In this document: positions 12,850 to 27,422 of the stretch, piece by piece
How the letters are laid out: each line of letters starts with the position of its first letter
Position numbering within the stretch: position 1 is the stretch's first letter
From: Octopus vulgaris
Lineage: Eukaryota
Direction: 5' to 3'
DNA: 64,000 nt
Assembly (NCBI GenBank): GCA_951406725.2
Contig: OX597830.1
Coordinates: forward strand, 67,022,001-67,086,000
The notes under the pieces: model-generated
The model's database searches: none
What the model was told of the DNA's origin: nothing
The model's input: the letters and a program-made list of their open reading frames with translations, nothing else
Made by a program: the position numbers and the translations under genes

Positions 12850-13289
12850 TATTTTTTTTTACTTGTTTCAGTCATTTGACTGCAACCATTCTGGAGCACC
12901 GCCTTAAAGGTTTTTTTTTTTTTAATCGAAGAAATCGACCCCAGGAATTATGCTTTGTTAGCCTAGCACTTATTCCATCAGTCTCTTTTGCCAGACCGCT
13001 AAGTTATGGGGACGTAAACGCACCAACACCGGTTGTCAAGTGGTGACGTGGGTAGGGAACAAACATAGACGCGAAGACATACACACACAAAAAAATATAT
13101 ATAGTTTACGAAAAAAAACAAAAAACGAAGACAGGTGGTGTACAAAACAAACAGATGTATTAGTATAACGCTCAAGAATAGAAAAAGTCTTTTACGTTTC
13201 GAGCCTACGCTCTTCTACAGAAAAGTACACAGAAAAAACAAGGAGAGAAAAAAATGTGTGTAGTGACTAACGATCTATCATAGCGTCCA

Positions 13290-13361
<72 letters not shown>

Positions 13362-13523
13362 GACGGGCTTCTTTCAGTTTCGGTCTATCAAAATCACTGA
13401 TAAAGCTTTAGTTGGCTCGCGGCTATAGTAGAAGACATTTGCCCTAAATGCCACGTAGTGGAATTGAATCCAGAACCATGTAGTTGGGAAGCAAGCTACC
13501 TACCGCACAGCCACGCCTGCGCC
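12850..13523 (-). mobile_element. SINE family A with an R2 element nested in its internal microsatellite
   Basis: Both halves of family A flank the 13104-13292 insertion and a (TA)n run. Confidence 0.8.
13104..13292 (-). mobile_element. HHR-like repeat family R2
   Basis: Reverse complement of 4771-4966; motif at 13188-13225 with core CTGTAGA. Confidence 0.75.
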
Positions 13524-13711
13524 TATATGATTAAATATTATTAGGGGCTGTATATATTAAAAAAAAAATAATTAAAATATTTTGCGTATTGTAGAAGTAT
13601 AACCAGCTTATTGCACATAAATTTTAACAACAATATCTTATATGGACGTCAGTTGAAAGGCACTGATCTAAATAAACGACTACATGTATGTGGATATGTA
13701 GAAATGTGTAA

Positions 13712-14103
13712 TCTCTGTATATGTAAAGCTGAAGTTGTCTGTGTATGGCAAGATTGGTAGCCTTCAACTAACGCTATCTCCTCCGAAACCCTGCGGCGCA
13801 AGTTGACCAAAATTGAGAGTATGTTAGAAGAAGGCTTGCTCTTCCTTCCGTAGAAGATAAAATTCAAATCGGACCATGTTAAGACCAAAAATTATTTACA
13901 TCAAAAAGGTGCTTTTTTCTATGAAAATCCTTATTTTTTACGATTTTTTTTATTGCTGTGTCGCCGTTTTTTGGTGTATTTCAACCAGAAAAATGTTCAC
14001 TTGAAGAGAGTAACAAGCTACATAATGCGAAATTTTTACTTTTCAAAAATTCCAATTCTAAAGGATCGAAACAAACCCGAGCAACGCCAGGCGATACTGC
14101 TAG
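13712..14103 (+). mobile_element. Non-autonomous Helitron family H1
   Basis: 5' TC, 3' CTAG, subterminal GC-rich hairpin-like cccgagcaacgccagg, inserted between A and T with no TSD; copies at 17547 and 35542. Confidence 0.88.
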
Positions 14104-14699
14104 TTTATTAAAAAAATTATGAGCCCAAAGAGAATGTATTTGCGTTCTTTATTCTAAATCTACTCCCCCCACCCCGGTGGGGCCTGGGAAAACTGCCATG
14201 GATCGGAGGATCAAAAGATTTTTCTTTATTTTTAGTTGGACGAATTGTGAAAATCTTTTGTTTTTATTTTCTTAGTAATGTACTTTTCTTTGTACTCAGT
14301 ACTTAATAAAAGAGTTACCGGTAGATTCTTTTGCCTGAAATAATTGTGATAAAATATTGATTTCAAATTTTGGCAAAAGGAGGGAGTAAGTCGATTGTAT
14401 AGACCCCAGTATTCAACTGGTACTTATTTTATCGACCTTAAAAAGATGAAAGGCAAAGTCGGCCACATTGGAATTTGAACTCAAAATGTGAAGACGGACG
14501 AAATGCTCGGCGTGCTGACGATTCTGCCGGTTCGTCGACCTATAAACTCATCTAATATTTAAAATGAAGTTGCTTTTTTCCAACTATGGGTCAAGCATAC
14601 ATTTTTCTAGAAAGTTATTGTGGAGCCTGAGGTGGGAAGAGAACAGGTTGGGAAACACTACGCTAAATTATCCATATTCCTATGAATAGCAACCTCAAA

Positions 14700-14845
<146 letters not shown>

Positions 14846-14944
14846 TGTTATCATATATGTCTATGTATGTGTATCATGTATATATATCAATTTGTGTGTG
14901 TGTGTGTGTAAATTAATATAAACAGCCAGGTGCAATGGGATACC

Positions 14945-15173
14945 TATTTCTTTACTACCCACAAGGGGCTAAACACAGAAGGGACAAACAAGGACAGACA
15001 AACGGATTAAGTCGATTATATCGACCCTAGTGCGTAACTGGTACTTATTTAATCGACCCCGAAAGGATGAAAGGCAAAGTCGACCTCGGTGGAATTTGAA
15101 CTCAGAACGTAGCGACAGACGAAATACCGCTGAGCATTTCGCCCGGCGTGCTAACGATTCTGCCAGCTCGCCG
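14945..15173 (-). mobile_element. SINE family B monomer with about 20-bp TSD
   Basis: Flanked by gccagg(t/c)gcaatgggatacc on both sides; the core gcctttcatcctttcggggtcgattaaataagtaccag resembles the Meta-SINE domain (from memory). Confidence 0.9.
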
Positions 15174-15473
15174 CCAGGCGCAATGGGATACCATAAAGGA
15201 AAAATTCAATAGTCACTAAGTGTGTCTAAGGGTGTTGGAAGTACCTACATTGCTAGAAATACGAGATCATATACTCTTAATGCTGAAAGGGAGCGCCGAA
15301 AATATACACACATACTGACAGGGGAGGCAACCACCCCACGACCGCTTCGAGGATCCTTAGACTAGGTATTTTTAAAGTATGGTACGCATTCTATCGCATC
15401 TTTTGCCGAGTCAGTAAGTTATGATAATATAAGCTAAGCTACAATGGTTGTCAAGCGGTCTTGAGACACACAC

Positions 15474-15657
15474 ATAGATCGTTAGCTCCAACACGCATTT
15501 ATTTTCTCTCCTTATTTTTTTTCGGTGTATCTTTCTGTCGAAGAGCGTAGGCTCGAAACGTAAAAGACTTTTTCTATTCCTGAGCGCTATACTAATACCT
15601 TTGTTTGTTTGTACTCCACCTGCCTTCGTCTTTTGTTTATTTTCGTAAACTTTCCTT
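15474..15657 (+). mobile_element. HHR-like repeat family R2
   Basis: Matches 4776-4963; motif at 15530-15567 with core CTGTCGA; followed by (TA)n. Confidence 0.75.
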
Positions 15658-15675
15658 TTACATATATATATACAT

Positions 15676-15734
<59 letters not shown>

Positions 15735-15795
15735 TAGGTGAATGAATTATCCTATGTTTATCGTCAGCATGGAAAATTCGTTCGACTCCATTCTT

Positions 15796-15837
<42 letters not shown>

Positions 15838-15839
<2 letters not shown>

Positions 15840-16197
15840 GAGCAAAACGCACCCCGTCCAATGGTCGGTGCTGAGTTGTCAAACATTTAAACAAAATTTT
15901 CTCAAAACAACTTGTCCGACCGTCCCATAGGCCTCCCCTTTGAGAAACACTGATTTAACCTAAATTTGAGACACCAGCAAAAGAAGAAATAAAGATAGAC
16001 CTTTTTTCTATTCCAAAGAAAAACAATTTTATTCACTTTATCGATCGCATTCTCACCTGGAATCGATTCTTGTAATGTTTTCAAGACTTATACACACCGT
16101 CGGTATCTGCATATCAAATTTGAGCACAATCGGATGGAGGATGCCCGAGATCTTAGAAGACACACACACATACACACACAGACATGCAGAACGGATT

Positions 16198-16210
<13 letters not shown>
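15838..16210 (-). mobile_element. Probable non-autonomous Helitron (third family)
   Basis: Reverse complement starts in tatatattataaaat..., contains atctcgg...ccgatt...tcaaatttg and ends in hairpin ccgaccattggacgg followed by gctcgt (CTAG-like). Confidence 0.5.
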
Positions 16211-16241
<31 letters not shown>

Positions 16242-16243
<2 letters not shown>

Positions 16244-16313
16244 AGTATACATATGCATATATGGTTACAGGACGTCACCAACAGTAAACAACATGAATTA
16301 CTTCTCGAGGAGT

Positions 16314-16357
<44 letters not shown>

Positions 16358-16427
16358 TCCTCGAGGAGTAATTCATGTTGTTTACTGTTGGTGACGTCCT
16401 GTAACCATATATGCATATGTATACTTA
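16242..16427. repeat. Near-perfect inverted repeat (about 75-bp arms) around a (TA)n spacer
   Basis: taagtatacatatgcatatatggttacaggacgtcacc...gagta is mirrored at 16353-16427 with one mismatch. Confidence 0.93.
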
Positions 16428-16636
16428 TATACACACATACATACATACATACATACATACATACAGACAGACAGACAGACATATATATATTGATATTTAT
16501 ATATGCGTAAGAACTTACTGTGCTCAAAGGATGCGTGACGTTCATATATATTTTAAGTTTGTACTCTACAAAATTATCGAGTAACCCATTCGATTAATGT
16601 AAAACTGTTGTATTATAACTGAATATAAGAACAAAC

Positions 16637-16693
<57 letters not shown>

Positions 16694-16932
16694 GATATAA
16701 ATACGTATCTTTATTCTCCATTGTTATTTTTATTGACTGACATTAAACTTAATGTATTTATAAAATTTAGTTTTATTACCAGAGCCAAAGCGATGTAACA
16801 GGTGTTCATACCTGTCTCTGTAGAATTGACTTGACACCAAGATGAAAGGGAAGAATGGATCAGTCTGCTATTATGACACCATATCGAATGGATCTTGGAG
16901 CCAATATCGCTTAATATCGTCACGAATTAGTA

Positions 16933-17050
16933 TAGGGTGATTCAAAAGTCACGATGCTTAAAAAATGCAGTTGGCTCAACGGCTTAAGCATTAGATTACA
17001 CCCACAGGTCGTAATATGGATTAAGACTCCGTGACTTTTAGCTCACCTTG
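16933..17050. mobile_element. Tiny mariner-like MITE
   Basis: Imperfect TIRs (ta)tagggtgattcaaaagtcacg / cgtgacttttagctcaccttg. Confidence 0.5.
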
Positions 17051-17159
17051 TTTACACAGACAAATGCACGCACGCACACAAACACACACACATACATACA
17101 CACGCACGCATGCACACACGCATGCACACACGCATGTACACACGCACGTACGTGTCTGT

Positions 17160-17236
17160 TTATAATCCATTTTTGGAACCGAGGATATCTTATAATCCAT
17201 TTTTGGAACCGAGGATATCTTATAATCCATTTTTGG
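17160..17236. repeat. 30-bp tandem repeat, about 2.6 copies
   Basis: ttataatccatttttggaaccgaggatatc repeated head to tail with no spacers. Confidence 0.95.
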
Positions 17237-17546
17237 TACTCCCTCAGATTTAGAAAATACAGTTTGCAAAAATCTTTCCTCAATACAAATTTTCTGAAGT
17301 ACCCCCATCAACAGGCCTGGTATGCTTTATCGGTTTTTATAGGATATTTGCACCCAGTTTGGGACACAAACTCAAGCATTGCCACAGGCGGCAGAACTCT
17401 AACTACACCACTGGGAAATCTTGTTTATTATCAGTGGATGCTTGAAAATAAATTGCTTCTCCAGCATTGGTAGCTTTTATTCGCTGTAAATACTAAAACG
17501 GATATGATGAATATTTCAAGGAAAACGTCGACATTCTTTTATAAAA

Positions 17547-17922
17547 TCTATATATATAAAGCTGAAGTTGTCTGTGTGTGGCAGGTTTGGTAGCCTTCAA
17601 CTAACACTATCTCCTCCGAGACCCTGCGGCGCAAGTTGACCAAAATTAAGAGTATGATAGAAGAAGGTTTGCTCTTCATTCTGTAGAAGATAAAATTCAA
17701 ATCGGACCATGTTAAGACCAAAACTTATTTACACCAAAAAGGTGCTTTTTTTTCTATGAAAATCCCTATTTTTTACGATTTTTTTTTTTTTTTGCTGTGT
17801 CGCCATTTTTCAGTGTATTTCAACCAGAAAAAAAAGCTACATAATGCAAAATTTTTACTTTTCAAAAATTCCCATTTTAAAGGGTCGAAACAAACCCGAG
17901 CAACGCCGGGCGATACTGCTAG
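17547..17922 (+). mobile_element. Non-autonomous Helitron family H1
   Basis: A|TC...cccgagcaacgccggg...CTAG|T. Confidence 0.9.
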
Positions 17923-18059
17923 TTTATTTTATATTTTTAAATAACAATATATTTTAGTGCATATTGTGGTATGCGTTAGGGTATGTATTGTGTCAAGATG
18001 ATTTATTTACAGTATTATGATTTATTTACAGAACATCTACGTCAAGTAATACAGACAGA

Positions 18060-18217
18060 CAGCGGCGGACTGGGAGTATTAAGGGCCCTCGGGTATAACT
18101 GTTTACCAGGCCCCTTTGAATGTGTGTTTTAGTAGAGTTAACATGTAGAGTGCGGGCCCCTCAGAGCTCCGGGCTCTCGGGCAGTGCCCGATTGACCGAC
18201 GGCTCAGTCCGCCCCTG
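18060..18217. mobile_element. hAT-type MITE
   Basis: TIRs cagcggcggactg / cagtccgcccctg; 8-bp flanks cagacaga / catacagt (6 of 8 match). Confidence 0.7.
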
Positions 18218-18450
18218 CATACAGTTTATGAAGCTATAGCGTTACACATAAGCACTCGACTATGAGCGCATTGCATCCTACAGCAGAAACAGCTGCAAGC
18301 TAATGAAGATCATTACATACTTGCTTATTCTTTTGCCATTTATTTAATTTCTTATTACGCTCTGTACTCGACTAACACCTTGCTCTGAAGCATACGTTTA
18401 TTGAGTTCTAATACCAGGTTATCAATATCACTATGCGTAAGCGAACTATT

Positions 18451-18518
<68 letters not shown>

Positions 18519-18777
18519 AGTATGCACATAAATGCAAAACAAGGTGGAAAAAAATAGTACTCGAATAGAGTAATATGCTTTGTTTATTAAGGCTGCAAAA
18601 ACATCACAAAAAAAAAACGGGTTACTCAGAGAGTTTTACGTTTCCGTTCGTCGGACAGTTATGATGCATATATCCCATCCCATCCTTTTTTCGGAGTCCC
18701 TTGGACAGCTTTATATACCGCACTCATTTCTTGGTTTAACTCCTCTATGACAATATATTCTGTTAATGAATTATATA

Positions 18778-19289
18778 CCGTAAATCCTCGAGCATAATCC
18801 GCATTTTCCCCCCAAAATTTAAAGGTCAAAATCCCTAGTGCGTACTATATACGAGGTTAAAAACGAAAATTATTTTCTAAGCAATGTCCGAATCTCTAAT
18901 TGCTGTGCGGCAATTTTTATTCAGACGCATTTTGTGATGTTGGGCGCGAAAATACCTTAAGCTAAGCCTAAAAGCAATGAAGTCATAAAAGAATCATCCA
19001 TAACTTGCAGTAAGCAACATTTATTAAATGTTATTATTGTTATTTCTTTATTTTCTGCAAACAAAATGCACAAAAAGGCTACACGTTTGCATCATGTTAT
19101 ATATACAATAATAATAAAGGACGTTACCGTATACATTTTTACAAACCAAGGACGTTATATAGACCTCCTTGACTCAAATTAGAGAAGGGGTGCGTATTAT
19201 ACACAAGGTTTAAGTTTTTCAGCGGTACAGCCCCCTAAAAATCCCCTGCGTATTATACTCAAGGGCGGACTATACTCGAGGATTTACGG
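18778..19289. mobile_element. Tc1/mariner (Tc2/pogo-like) MITE family F, TA TSD
   Basis: TIRs ccgtaaatcctcgag / ctcgaggatttacgg flanked by TA; second copy at 41833-42344; empty paralogous site at about 20260-20275. Confidence 0.92.
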
Positions 19290-19649
19290 TACTGTTAAAA
19301 TATTTCATTCAATTTTGTTTTGTCTGGAATCTAGTAAAATACCTATTTTCTCCATTGCCAAGTTGCTTCTTGAAACGATACTATATATATCAGGGGCGGA
19401 CTCGAGACTGGGCCTGACGGGGCACGGGCCCCGCTCAAGAAAAGAAGTGCGCCCTTCTAAATAATGCTATTACGCCCTTTTTCTCCTGGAATTGTATTCC
19501 CTTCTGACCTTGTGCCCATCTTTCGAAAGATTCCTGGGACTGCGCGCGCGCGTTTGTATACACACACACACACACACACATAATTTTGTGCTGATGTTTG
19601 GTTCCAGTTCAAACTTGAACGAGCAGACGAACAATGCTTTTCCTCGTTT

Positions 19650-19723
19650 TTCCTTTACTTGAACTGCGGCCATACTGGGGCATCACTTGAAGGGTTTTTA
19701 GTCGAACAAATCGACTCTAGTAC

Positions 19724-19773
<50 letters not shown>

Positions 19774-19974
19774 TTACAATCTGGTACTTATTCTATTGGT
19801 CTCTTTAGTCAAACCGCCAAGTTACGGGGATGTAAACAAACCGACACCGGTTGTTACGCAGTAGAGTGGGGCACAAACACAAAGGCACACAAACACTCGT
19901 ACACACGTACACACACTCACACCAAAGAAACACACACACACACACAAACACGCACACACACACACACACCAGAG

Positions 19975-20018
<44 letters not shown>

Positions 20019-20150
20019 AAACACACACACATATATTACATACAACAGGCTTCTTTCAGTTTCCGTCTACCATTAGTCGACCCGGGGTTATAGTAGAAAA
20101 CACCCAAGGTGACATAAAGTGGGACTGAACCCGAAACTTCTTTACCACAT
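19650..20150 (-). mobile_element. SINE family A, diverged
   Basis: Recognisable tail, core and truncated head with expanded (TTA)n and (CA)n. Confidence 0.7.
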
Positions 20151-20527
20151 TACAAATCCAACCCTGATATCCCATCTTTTTCGGGGTCCCTTGGACAGCT
20201 TTATATACAGCCCCCATTTCTTTGTTTAACCCCTCTATGACAATATATTTTGTTAATGAATTATATACTGTTCAAATATTTCATTTAATTTTGTTATGTC
20301 TGGAATCTAGTGAAATAACTACCTTCGCCATTACTAAGTTGCTTCTTGAAACGTTACTAAACAGAAATTTCTTTTATAAAATTATGATGGAAGGTAGCAT
20401 TCAGATGTAAACTCTTTCAAAGAGAGTTTATAACTTAGAACTAACTGCTGGCGATCTTCATGTATGTTAAAGAAACATTGAACTTGGCTGTTGTTTCTAG
20501 CATGCCGCGTGACCGTGTAGAGGCTGT

Positions 20528-20601
<74 letters not shown>

Positions 20602-21534
20602 AATCACATGTGCATGCGTCAGGGTGATTGATACTCAGAAAACCGAAAGTAAGAGAAAGGGTGAGAGGAACAAGTTAGAATGAGGAAGAGAGAATTAGAA
20701 CGAGAGAAAGAGAGGGGGAGAAAGGGAGAGAGGGAGAGAAAGAGAGAGAGGGAGAGAAAGAGGGAGAGGGAGAGATAGAGAGAATCGGACAGACAGACAG
20801 GCAGACAGACAAAGAAACACAGAAAGAGTGAAGAAGAGCGAGGGAGAGAGAGCGGGTGGGGGTGGGGGTGGGGGGTAAATAACATGACGGCATACGATAT
20901 CATGTGACCAAAGGGAAAGAGCAGACGACATATCACGTGAATAACAAACATGAGAGAAGAGGAAATTTTCTCTTTATTGTCTGTCAGTAATGTTTCCGTG
21001 CTGTGTGTTGAAATATTATAAAATAAATGTAAGGAAAATATCGGGAAAGAGAAACAAAATAATGTTCGTCCATTCTTGATAGAGGTTTACATGCAGTGAA
21101 TCCATAAATATACAGGTGTGTGTTTGTGTGTTGTTATTTAGCCCAAGGTCAGCCATAATCCAGTGAACCCCATTCTGAAAAGTATTCCAGCCGTAAGCAT
21201 TCTGTCTTTTTCTTTTCCCCTACATTTTTTTTTCAGTGTATCTAATACTATATATAATACTATATATATATATTAACCCATTAATGTATCCTTCATATTC
21301 TTAAAGCTGTAAGTTGTAATTTTTTAGAGTTCTTTGGCTTCTATTTCTAGCAGGGCGAGCACGTATCCTTAGCTTTCACTTTTTAATCATAACTTTAGAT
21401 TACGCCATAATATTCTCACTTGTCAAAAACAAAAGTATATTTTGAAATAAGAATTATCGGATTAAAAATAACCAATAAATAAGAGGACATTCTTTATTTC
21501 GAAAAAATATATACTCTCATGGAGAATTGTATTA

Positions 21535-24170
<2,636 letters not shown>

Positions 24171-24693
24171 TTGAGAGATGTGCTACTTGTGGCCCAATCT
24201 GGTGGCATTTCTTCTCCAACACAACACTATCTTCATTATTACCAACATCGAAAACGTGCTAAGAATCGTGCCTGCTAAAATTTAGAAATCAAAGTTCCCT
24301 CAAAATACATCCTACAATTAAAGAATTTATTTTTTTAAGAAAAGGATGCATTCAATAACGTAGAAATAAATATGTTGCCTGAAATAAATACGGGAATGTC
24401 ACGGTCGGAATGCTTTTCATCATGGGTGTAGTCTAAACAACAATAGCAACAATATCAGCAAGACATCGAAGAAGTGTATATTTTTCAACCTACTTAATAC
24501 AGCTTCCAAATCTTCGACGAGGCGCTAGCATAGTTGTGTGATTTAAAAGCTGGCTTTGCAACGACATGGTTTCCGGTTCAATCCCACAGCATGACACATC
24601 ATTGGGAAAGTGTCCTCTGGTATATCCCCAGGCCGACTAATGTCTTGTGAGAGAATTCGGTAGACAGGAGCTGTCTGGAAACCCGTCGTGTAA

Positions 24694-24875
24694 AGGCGCT
24701 GGCGAGGCTGTGTGGTAAGAAGCCTGCTTCCCAACCACGTGGTTCCGGGTTCAGTCCCAGTGCGTGGCACATTGGGCAAGTGTCTTCTTCTATAGCCTCA
24801 GACCGACCAAAGCCTTGTGGGTGGATTTGGCAGACGGAAACTGAAAGAAGCCCGTCATATATATGAATATATATG

Positions 24876-24973
<98 letters not shown>

Positions 24974-25195
24974 TTTGTGCCTGTGTTTGTGCCCATCCAC
25001 ACCACCGCTTGACAACCGGTGCTGGTGTGTTTACCTTCTCATAACTTGGCGATTGGGCAAAAGAGTCTGATAAAAATAAGTACCAGGCTTATAAAATGTA
25101 TGTATTGGGGTCGATATATTCGACTAAAACTTCTTTAAGGCGGTACCCCAGCATGGCCGCAGTCTAATGATTGAAATGAGGAAAAGATAAAAGAT
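24694..25195 (+). mobile_element. SINE family A, preceded by a diverged 5' half copy at 24520-24690
   Basis: Head ggcgctggcgaggctgtgtggtaag...gggttcagtccc, core and tail present. Confidence 0.85.
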
Positions 25196-25231
25196 ATATG
25201 TGCGTGTGCGTGTGTGTTTGTGTGTGTGTGC

Positions 25232-25282
<51 letters not shown>

Positions 25283-25340
25283 CATACGCACACGCATTAT
25301 TTACAATGGACGGATAAATGTCCTCATCTTCTTTGTTGCT

Positions 25341-25386
25341 ATCACAACATTTCGACTGATGTACTCTCCAGCCTTCATCAGGTGTT
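25341..25386 (-). ncRNA. Minimal type I hammerhead ribozyme motif (family R1), somewhat decayed
   Basis: Reverse complement: aacac-CTGATGA-a-ggctg-gagagtacat-cagtc-GAAA-tg-TT-gtgat. Confidence 0.65.
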
Positions 25387-25838
25387 CAATGTGAAATTTC
25401 GAACCCAACCCTTTATTTGACTAATGAGGTACGCTGTTCTCATTCCTAAGGTATGTTGCTGATGTTATTATTGAGGAGTTGGCCATAAAGATTCCAAAAG
25501 CTCAGGGAGATGAACTAAGATGGAAAATGAGACAGGTACTAGAGAAGACGAAACTTCCTAAACGAAACATAACTATGGAAGAAACGTTCGCTATTAGAAC
25601 ATTACAGAGTGACAGTTCCGTCATAATATTTCTAGCGGACAAGGGCAATGTTACGGTGGTGATGAACAAGTCTGAATACTCGGAAAAATGATGGTAGCTA
25701 CAGCAAAATAAAGAAAGACCCACCTCTGAAAACAGAGAGGAAGTTCAGTTCTGTATTTAAGAGATGAATTTAAGAATTATGTACATTATTTACATTATTT
25801 ACATTTGACTGATATTTGTCCTCATCTTGGTTGTTGTT

Positions 25839-25884
25839 AACACAAGGTTTCGGCTAATATACCATCCAGCCTTCATCAGGTGTC
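25839..25884 (-). ncRNA. Minimal hammerhead ribozyme motif (R1, left arm)
   Basis: Reverse complement: gacac-CTGATGA-a-ggctg...tagcc-GAAA-cc-TT-gtgtt. Confidence 0.7.
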
Positions 25885-26023
25885 TTTGGGGAAACTTCGA
25901 ACCTGGGTTCTCATTCCTAAGGTATTTTTCGATGTTATTGCTATTGTTATTATTCAGGTCCACTGCCTGGAATCGAACTCGGAATCTTGGGTTTAGTAGC
26001 CCACCACTACGCCACATGCTCAC

Positions 26024-26094
26024 GGGCATATGGCGTAGTGGTTAAGAGCGCGGACTACTAACCCCAAGATTCCGAGTTCGATTCCAGGCAGTGA

Positions 26095-26096
<2 letters not shown>
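26024..26096 (+). promoter_or_regulatory. tRNA-like Pol III internal promoter
   Basis: A-box TGGCGTAGTGG (26031-26041) and B-box GAGTTCGATTCC (26074-26085) at tRNA spacing; acceptor and anticodon stems are imperfect, so not a functional tRNA. Confidence 0.75.
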
Positions 26097-26162
<66 letters not shown>

Positions 26163-26209
26163 TCGAAAAATACCTTAGGAATGAGAACCCAGGTTCGAAA
26201 TTTCCCCAA

Positions 26210-26255
26210 GACACCTGATGAAGGCTGGATGGTATATCAGCCGAAACGTTGTGTT
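26210..26255 (+). ncRNA. Minimal type I hammerhead ribozyme motif (R1, right arm)
   Basis: Stem I gacac/gtgtt, core CTGATGA, stem II ggctg/cagcc, GAAA, palindromic stem III (ACGT), putative cleavage triplet GUU. Confidence 0.8.
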
Positions 26256-27130
26256 AACAACAACCAAGATGACAAATATCCGTCAAATGTAAATATAGAG
26301 AGGAAGTTATCACAGATCTTAATCAAGAACAAGATGACTTCATACCAATGAAGTACAGACAACTGACCTAGCACTACAATAAGCTGCCACACATGTACAG
26401 TCTCCCGAAGATTCATAAGGATGGTATTACATTAAGACCTGTAGTGAACTGTAGGGATTCAGCATGTCATCCACTGGGCCGCTTCCTTGTGAATATAGTC
26501 AGTCCATTAGCAGGTAAGTGAACGTCGTATGTGAAGAATTCCACTCACTTCACAGAATTGATCAAGGATACTCCTATTGGATCCAACCAGATGGTGAGTC
26601 TAGATGTAATAAGTCTTTTTACCAAAGTCCCAACTAATGAAACACTATCAGTGATTCAAGACAAACTAGTGATGGATACAGCTCTAAAAGAACGCACTAG
26701 TATACCAATAGAAAACTTGATGGAAATGTTGGCTTTCTGCGTAGAAATTACCTATTTCAGAGTGGATACTAATATATATCGACGAATGAGGGTTTAGCTA
26801 TGTGTTCGCCATTATCACCAGTAATAGCCAATATATACGTGATATACTTTGAGAATTTGGCTTTAGGATCTATACCATTAAAGCCAACCCTATGGCTTCG
26901 ATATGTTGATTACACATTCATACTCTGACCCACACCAAGAGGATGTCTCAGTACTACTAGATCATGTGAACTAAACAAAGCCATCCATACAGTTCAGAAT
27001 CGAAATGGAAAAAGACAATCAGTTGGCATTCCTGGACGTATTAATAATACGCACTGAGTATGGGTTCAGGACATCCGTATACCGCAATCCAACCTTCACT
27101 GGACAATACTTGAACTTCATTTCCCACCAT

Positions 27131-27422
27131 TTTTTGGTTTGTTTGTTTGTTCCTTCTCGAGCCACGCTTGGCTCATAAGGGCCGGTTTCCCGGTTTCTTG
27201 GCGTATAGGTTCCCCGAAGGTGAGCTGCAAGATGCAGGAGGAAAGAGTGAGAGAAAGTTGTGGCGAAAGAATCAGCAGAACTTCGCCATTACCTTCTGTC
27301 GGAGCTGCGTGGAGCTTAGGTGTTTCGCTCATATACACACACATCGCCCGGTCTGAGATTCGAACCCGCGATCCCTCGACCGTGAGTCCGCTGCTCTAAC
27401 CAATAGGCCATGTGCCTCCACA
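27131..27422 (-). mobile_element. SINE family C variant inserted in the PLE, 13-bp TSD
   Basis: TSD catttcccaccat at 27118-27130 and 27423-27435; tRNA head with A and B boxes. Confidence 0.9.

Larger units (their letters stand above)
25746..26296. mobile_element. Inverted dimer of a tRNA-headed, HHR-bearing non-autonomous retroelement (R1), 12-bp TSD
   Basis: TSD agagaggaagtt at 25734-25745 and 26297-26308; arms about 25797-26020 and 26024-26294 are reverse complements; the host PLE frame (..DPPLKTERKLSQIL..) reads through when it is removed. Confidence 0.88.

Noticed and set aside
15030-15212. Recurrent peptide [22 protein letters not shown] (and [17 protein letters not shown] elsewhere)
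   Set aside because: Antisense translations of SINE B and SINE A; recurrence reflects repeat copy number, and the frames are not preserved.
17160-17236. 30-bp direct repeats as a possible CRISPR array (also 33255-33497 and 32250-32608)
   Set aside because: No unique spacers, no cas genes, eukaryotic context; these are ordinary tandem repeats.
24183-24271. Minus-strand segment reading GTILSTFSMLVIMKIVLCWRRNATRLGHK* after a TAGCAG acceptor (transmembrane-like exon)
   Set aside because: Short, adjoins a degenerate repeat, has no good donor and no recognisable homology.
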